Shown here one piece after another: positions 61,727 to 64,000 of a stretch of 64,000 bases of DNA. Both the position numbers and the translations under genes were made by a program. Positions within the stretch are counted from its first letter, which is position 1; every line of letters begins with the position of its first letter. Under the pieces are notes generated by a model, which ran no database searches, had not been told where the DNA came from, and saw only the letters and a program-made list of their open reading frames with translations. The stretch is from Octopus bimaculoides. Its lineage: Eukaryota. Location: assembly GCF_001194135.2 (NCBI RefSeq), contig NC_069005.1, positions 14,673,891 to 14,737,890 of the forward strand. Reading direction: 5' to 3'.

Positions 61727-62149
61727 TGTATGTATGTATGTATGTATGTATGTATGTGGAGGCGCAATGGCCCAGTGGTTAGTGCAGCAGACTCATGGTC
61801 ATAGGATCGCGGTTTCAATTCCCAGACCGGGCGCTGTGAGTGTTTATTGAGCGAAAACACCTAAAACTCCACGAGGCTCTGGAAGGGGATGGTGGGGAAC
61901 CCTACTGTACTCTTTCACCACAACTTTCTCTCACTCTTACTTCCTGTTTCTGTTGTGCCTGTAATTCAAAGGGTCAGCCTTGTCACACTGTGTCACGCTG
62001 AATATTCCCGAGAACTACGTTAACGGTACACTTGTCTGTGGAGTGCTCAGCCACTTGCACGTTAATTTCACGAGCAGGCTGTTCCGTTGATCGGATCAAC
62101 TGGAACCCTCGATGTCGTAAGCGACGGAGTGCCAACAACATGTATGTAT

Positions 62150-62340
62150 GTACATAATTAAATGGAAGCTCCTTGCACAACCAAGGACTTATATAAATGG
62201 GAACAAATTATGCATGATTTGCTTGGCAGAGAGAGCAAGAATCCTAAAATACTCACTTGACCCAGGTGCCCTTTTAAACTCCAGGAAAGAAGTATTTAGC
62301 CAATGCCTTCATTTAAAATGTTTCCTGCTACAAACTTAGA
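62150..62340 (+). mobile_element. Penelope-like element C-terminal fragment
   Basis: IKWKLLAQPRTYINGNKLCMICLAERARIL...LLNSRKEVFSQCLH matches the post-GIY-YIG tail pattern (IKW.I...Y.....C.LCL.EK..I....LLN.R.E....C.H). Confidence 0.75.
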
Positions 62341-62615
62341 ATTCCCCATTCGTTGAATAGGCCCACCACAGCTCCTTTGAATATCAGCATGATGGGGGAT
62401 GATGTAAGGGAACAAGCCTGTCTTGCTTGCAGCACTCCTGTACAGAAACATATTCTTTATTTACAGAACTGATCATGATGTACTTCTTCCTCTAGTTGTA
62501 GAGAGGTTATGTGCTTTTGGTCATTTGAGCCTGGTGGGTCACTTATATTACTAAGTGGTCAATAGGTGTGAAACCAATGGTCACTCTATGACAGACCATA
62601 ACATTTAACTTACTA

Positions 62616-62659
<44 letters not shown>

Positions 62660-62747
62660 NNNNNNNNNNNNNNNNNNNNNNNNNNNNNNNNNNNNNNNNN
62701 NNNNNNNCATTATATTTTATATATATTCAGCCAGTACATATATGCTT

Positions 62748-62757
62748 TGCGCATGCG
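62748..62757. promoter_or_regulatory. NRF1-type palindrome TGCGCATGCG
   Basis: Lies 70 nt upstream of a candidate ATG, in CpG-retaining unique sequence. Confidence 0.5.
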
Positions 62758-62826
62758 TGAGTGAATTTTGTGTGCTCATCTTACCCGGGGTTATTTATCG
62801 GAGCTTCAAAGAAAACTTTTCAAAAC

Positions 62827-62841
62827 ATGAGCGACATTCAG
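62827..62841 (+). CDS. Candidate 15-nt first coding exon MSDIQ of a gene continuing beyond the window
   Basis: aaaacATGAGCGACATTCAG|GTAAGA: good initiation context, consensus donor, promoter-like upstream region. Identity cannot be assigned from 5 residues. Confidence 0.5.
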
Positions 62842-64000
62842 GTAAGAAATATTTTCATCGCTTTTCTTGTTGATTCAAAAAAAAAAATGTGCTATTTTTT
62901 ATAAACACGTATTTAAATGAAAACACAAATTCAGGTGATGTGCACATTTATAGTAGTAGAATGTGGAGAATGACATCGGGAATCTTATCGTTGATATCCC
63001 TAGCAGAGAAAATGAGAAAACCCTTCTGCGAGGCTAATGCCAGCATCGTCAAGTTCCGTTGATTTTACCCAAAGCCAGTGATAGATCGATGCACCTCTCC
63101 TTGTCGGCATGTTACGACTACAATGACGTGGCACGGTTAAAAGGCTGGCTATCATCACATACCCTTCCGTTTTTGTTTTTTTTCTTCAGAAACTCAGTTT
63201 TCGGCTACGGAGATTCTGAATCTGTTAAAAAATTGGCATTTCATAATTTCACTTTTATATTTCAGTTCCACCCCCATTCTGTTTTTTTTTTCATTTTGCC
63301 AAAATATATAGAAATTAAAATTTCATCTCCACCCCACTCCAATACACTTCTTACAGTATTGTTTTTAAATGCTGTAACTTCTTACAATAATTTTCAAATG
63401 CTGTATAAATTATAATTAATCAAGGTTTACACACAGGTTGATCAAGTTAGGCAAGTTGTAATATTTTTGTAAGTGTGGTGAGGGCTGGGCGTAAATTTTG
63501 ATAGCGAAAACATAGTGATCCAAAAAAATTTCTACGTATTTTGCTCCTAAAAATTCTGGAAAACATGAAACATGAAGAAATTAGGGTCAATATAAAGATC
63601 CTTACTCGGGAACAAAAACAAAAATTAACCAGCCTGGGTATGTTAAGTATGTGGAAAACGAATATGAAAAAAAAAAAAAATGCACACTGTCGACCCTGCG
63701 GGTGGGAGAGGACTTTCGGAAAATTCACAAGATCCGATTTTTCTGTTATAACTTCCGGTAAAATAGATATATATTGATCATTTTATGGAATCCCACGATT
63801 TTGGTTATGGAGGATCCAAAAAAAATAATTTCAAAAAATCGCTTTTTCAAAATTTCAATTACCCCTCTTCTCACCCTCACCCCCTTCTTTATTTTTTACT
63901 TTTCCCAGAACTTTTTTTTTTTGCGAAATACGTAGAAAATACGGAGATTACGGTTCTGAAAAAAACTGGTTTGTAAAATTTCAATTTTTCAATATATATA

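Overview
AT-rich, repeat-dense eukaryotic DNA from a draft assembly with about 12 N-gaps. The SINE/microsatellite repertoire and gene content point to a coleoid cephalopod, most likely Octopus (inference from recalled repeat families). Two protein genes are well supported. (1) MRPL51 on the minus strand has three coding exons that I assembled by hand from GT-AG junctions (18890-18644, 14810-14700, 12745-12525; 192 aa). (2) A pinin (PNN) ORF of 591 aa on the plus strand (35682-37457) is entirely intronless, sits behind a 5'UTR splice acceptor with two in-frame uORFs, and ends in an acidic D/E/G tail instead of an RS domain. Divergent splice donors at 21815 (-) and 22076 (+) suggest a head-to-head promoter. 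A probable 15-nt first coding exon (MSDIQ|GTAAGA) lies at 62827. The rest is mobile DNA: Penelope-like elements (one with an inverted terminal copy carrying a minimal hammerhead ribozyme motif), two DD37D/maT and one DD34E Tc1 transposon relics, Tx1 and RTE LINE fragments, piggyBac-/hAT-/mariner-type MITEs, dozens of tRNA-derived SINEs (some in head-to-tail arrays) and a ~200 bp-arm inverted repeat. I found no CRISPR array, rRNA or bona fide tRNA. I see no clearly new biological system; the best leads concern the pinin locus. Coordinates of degenerate repeats are approximate.
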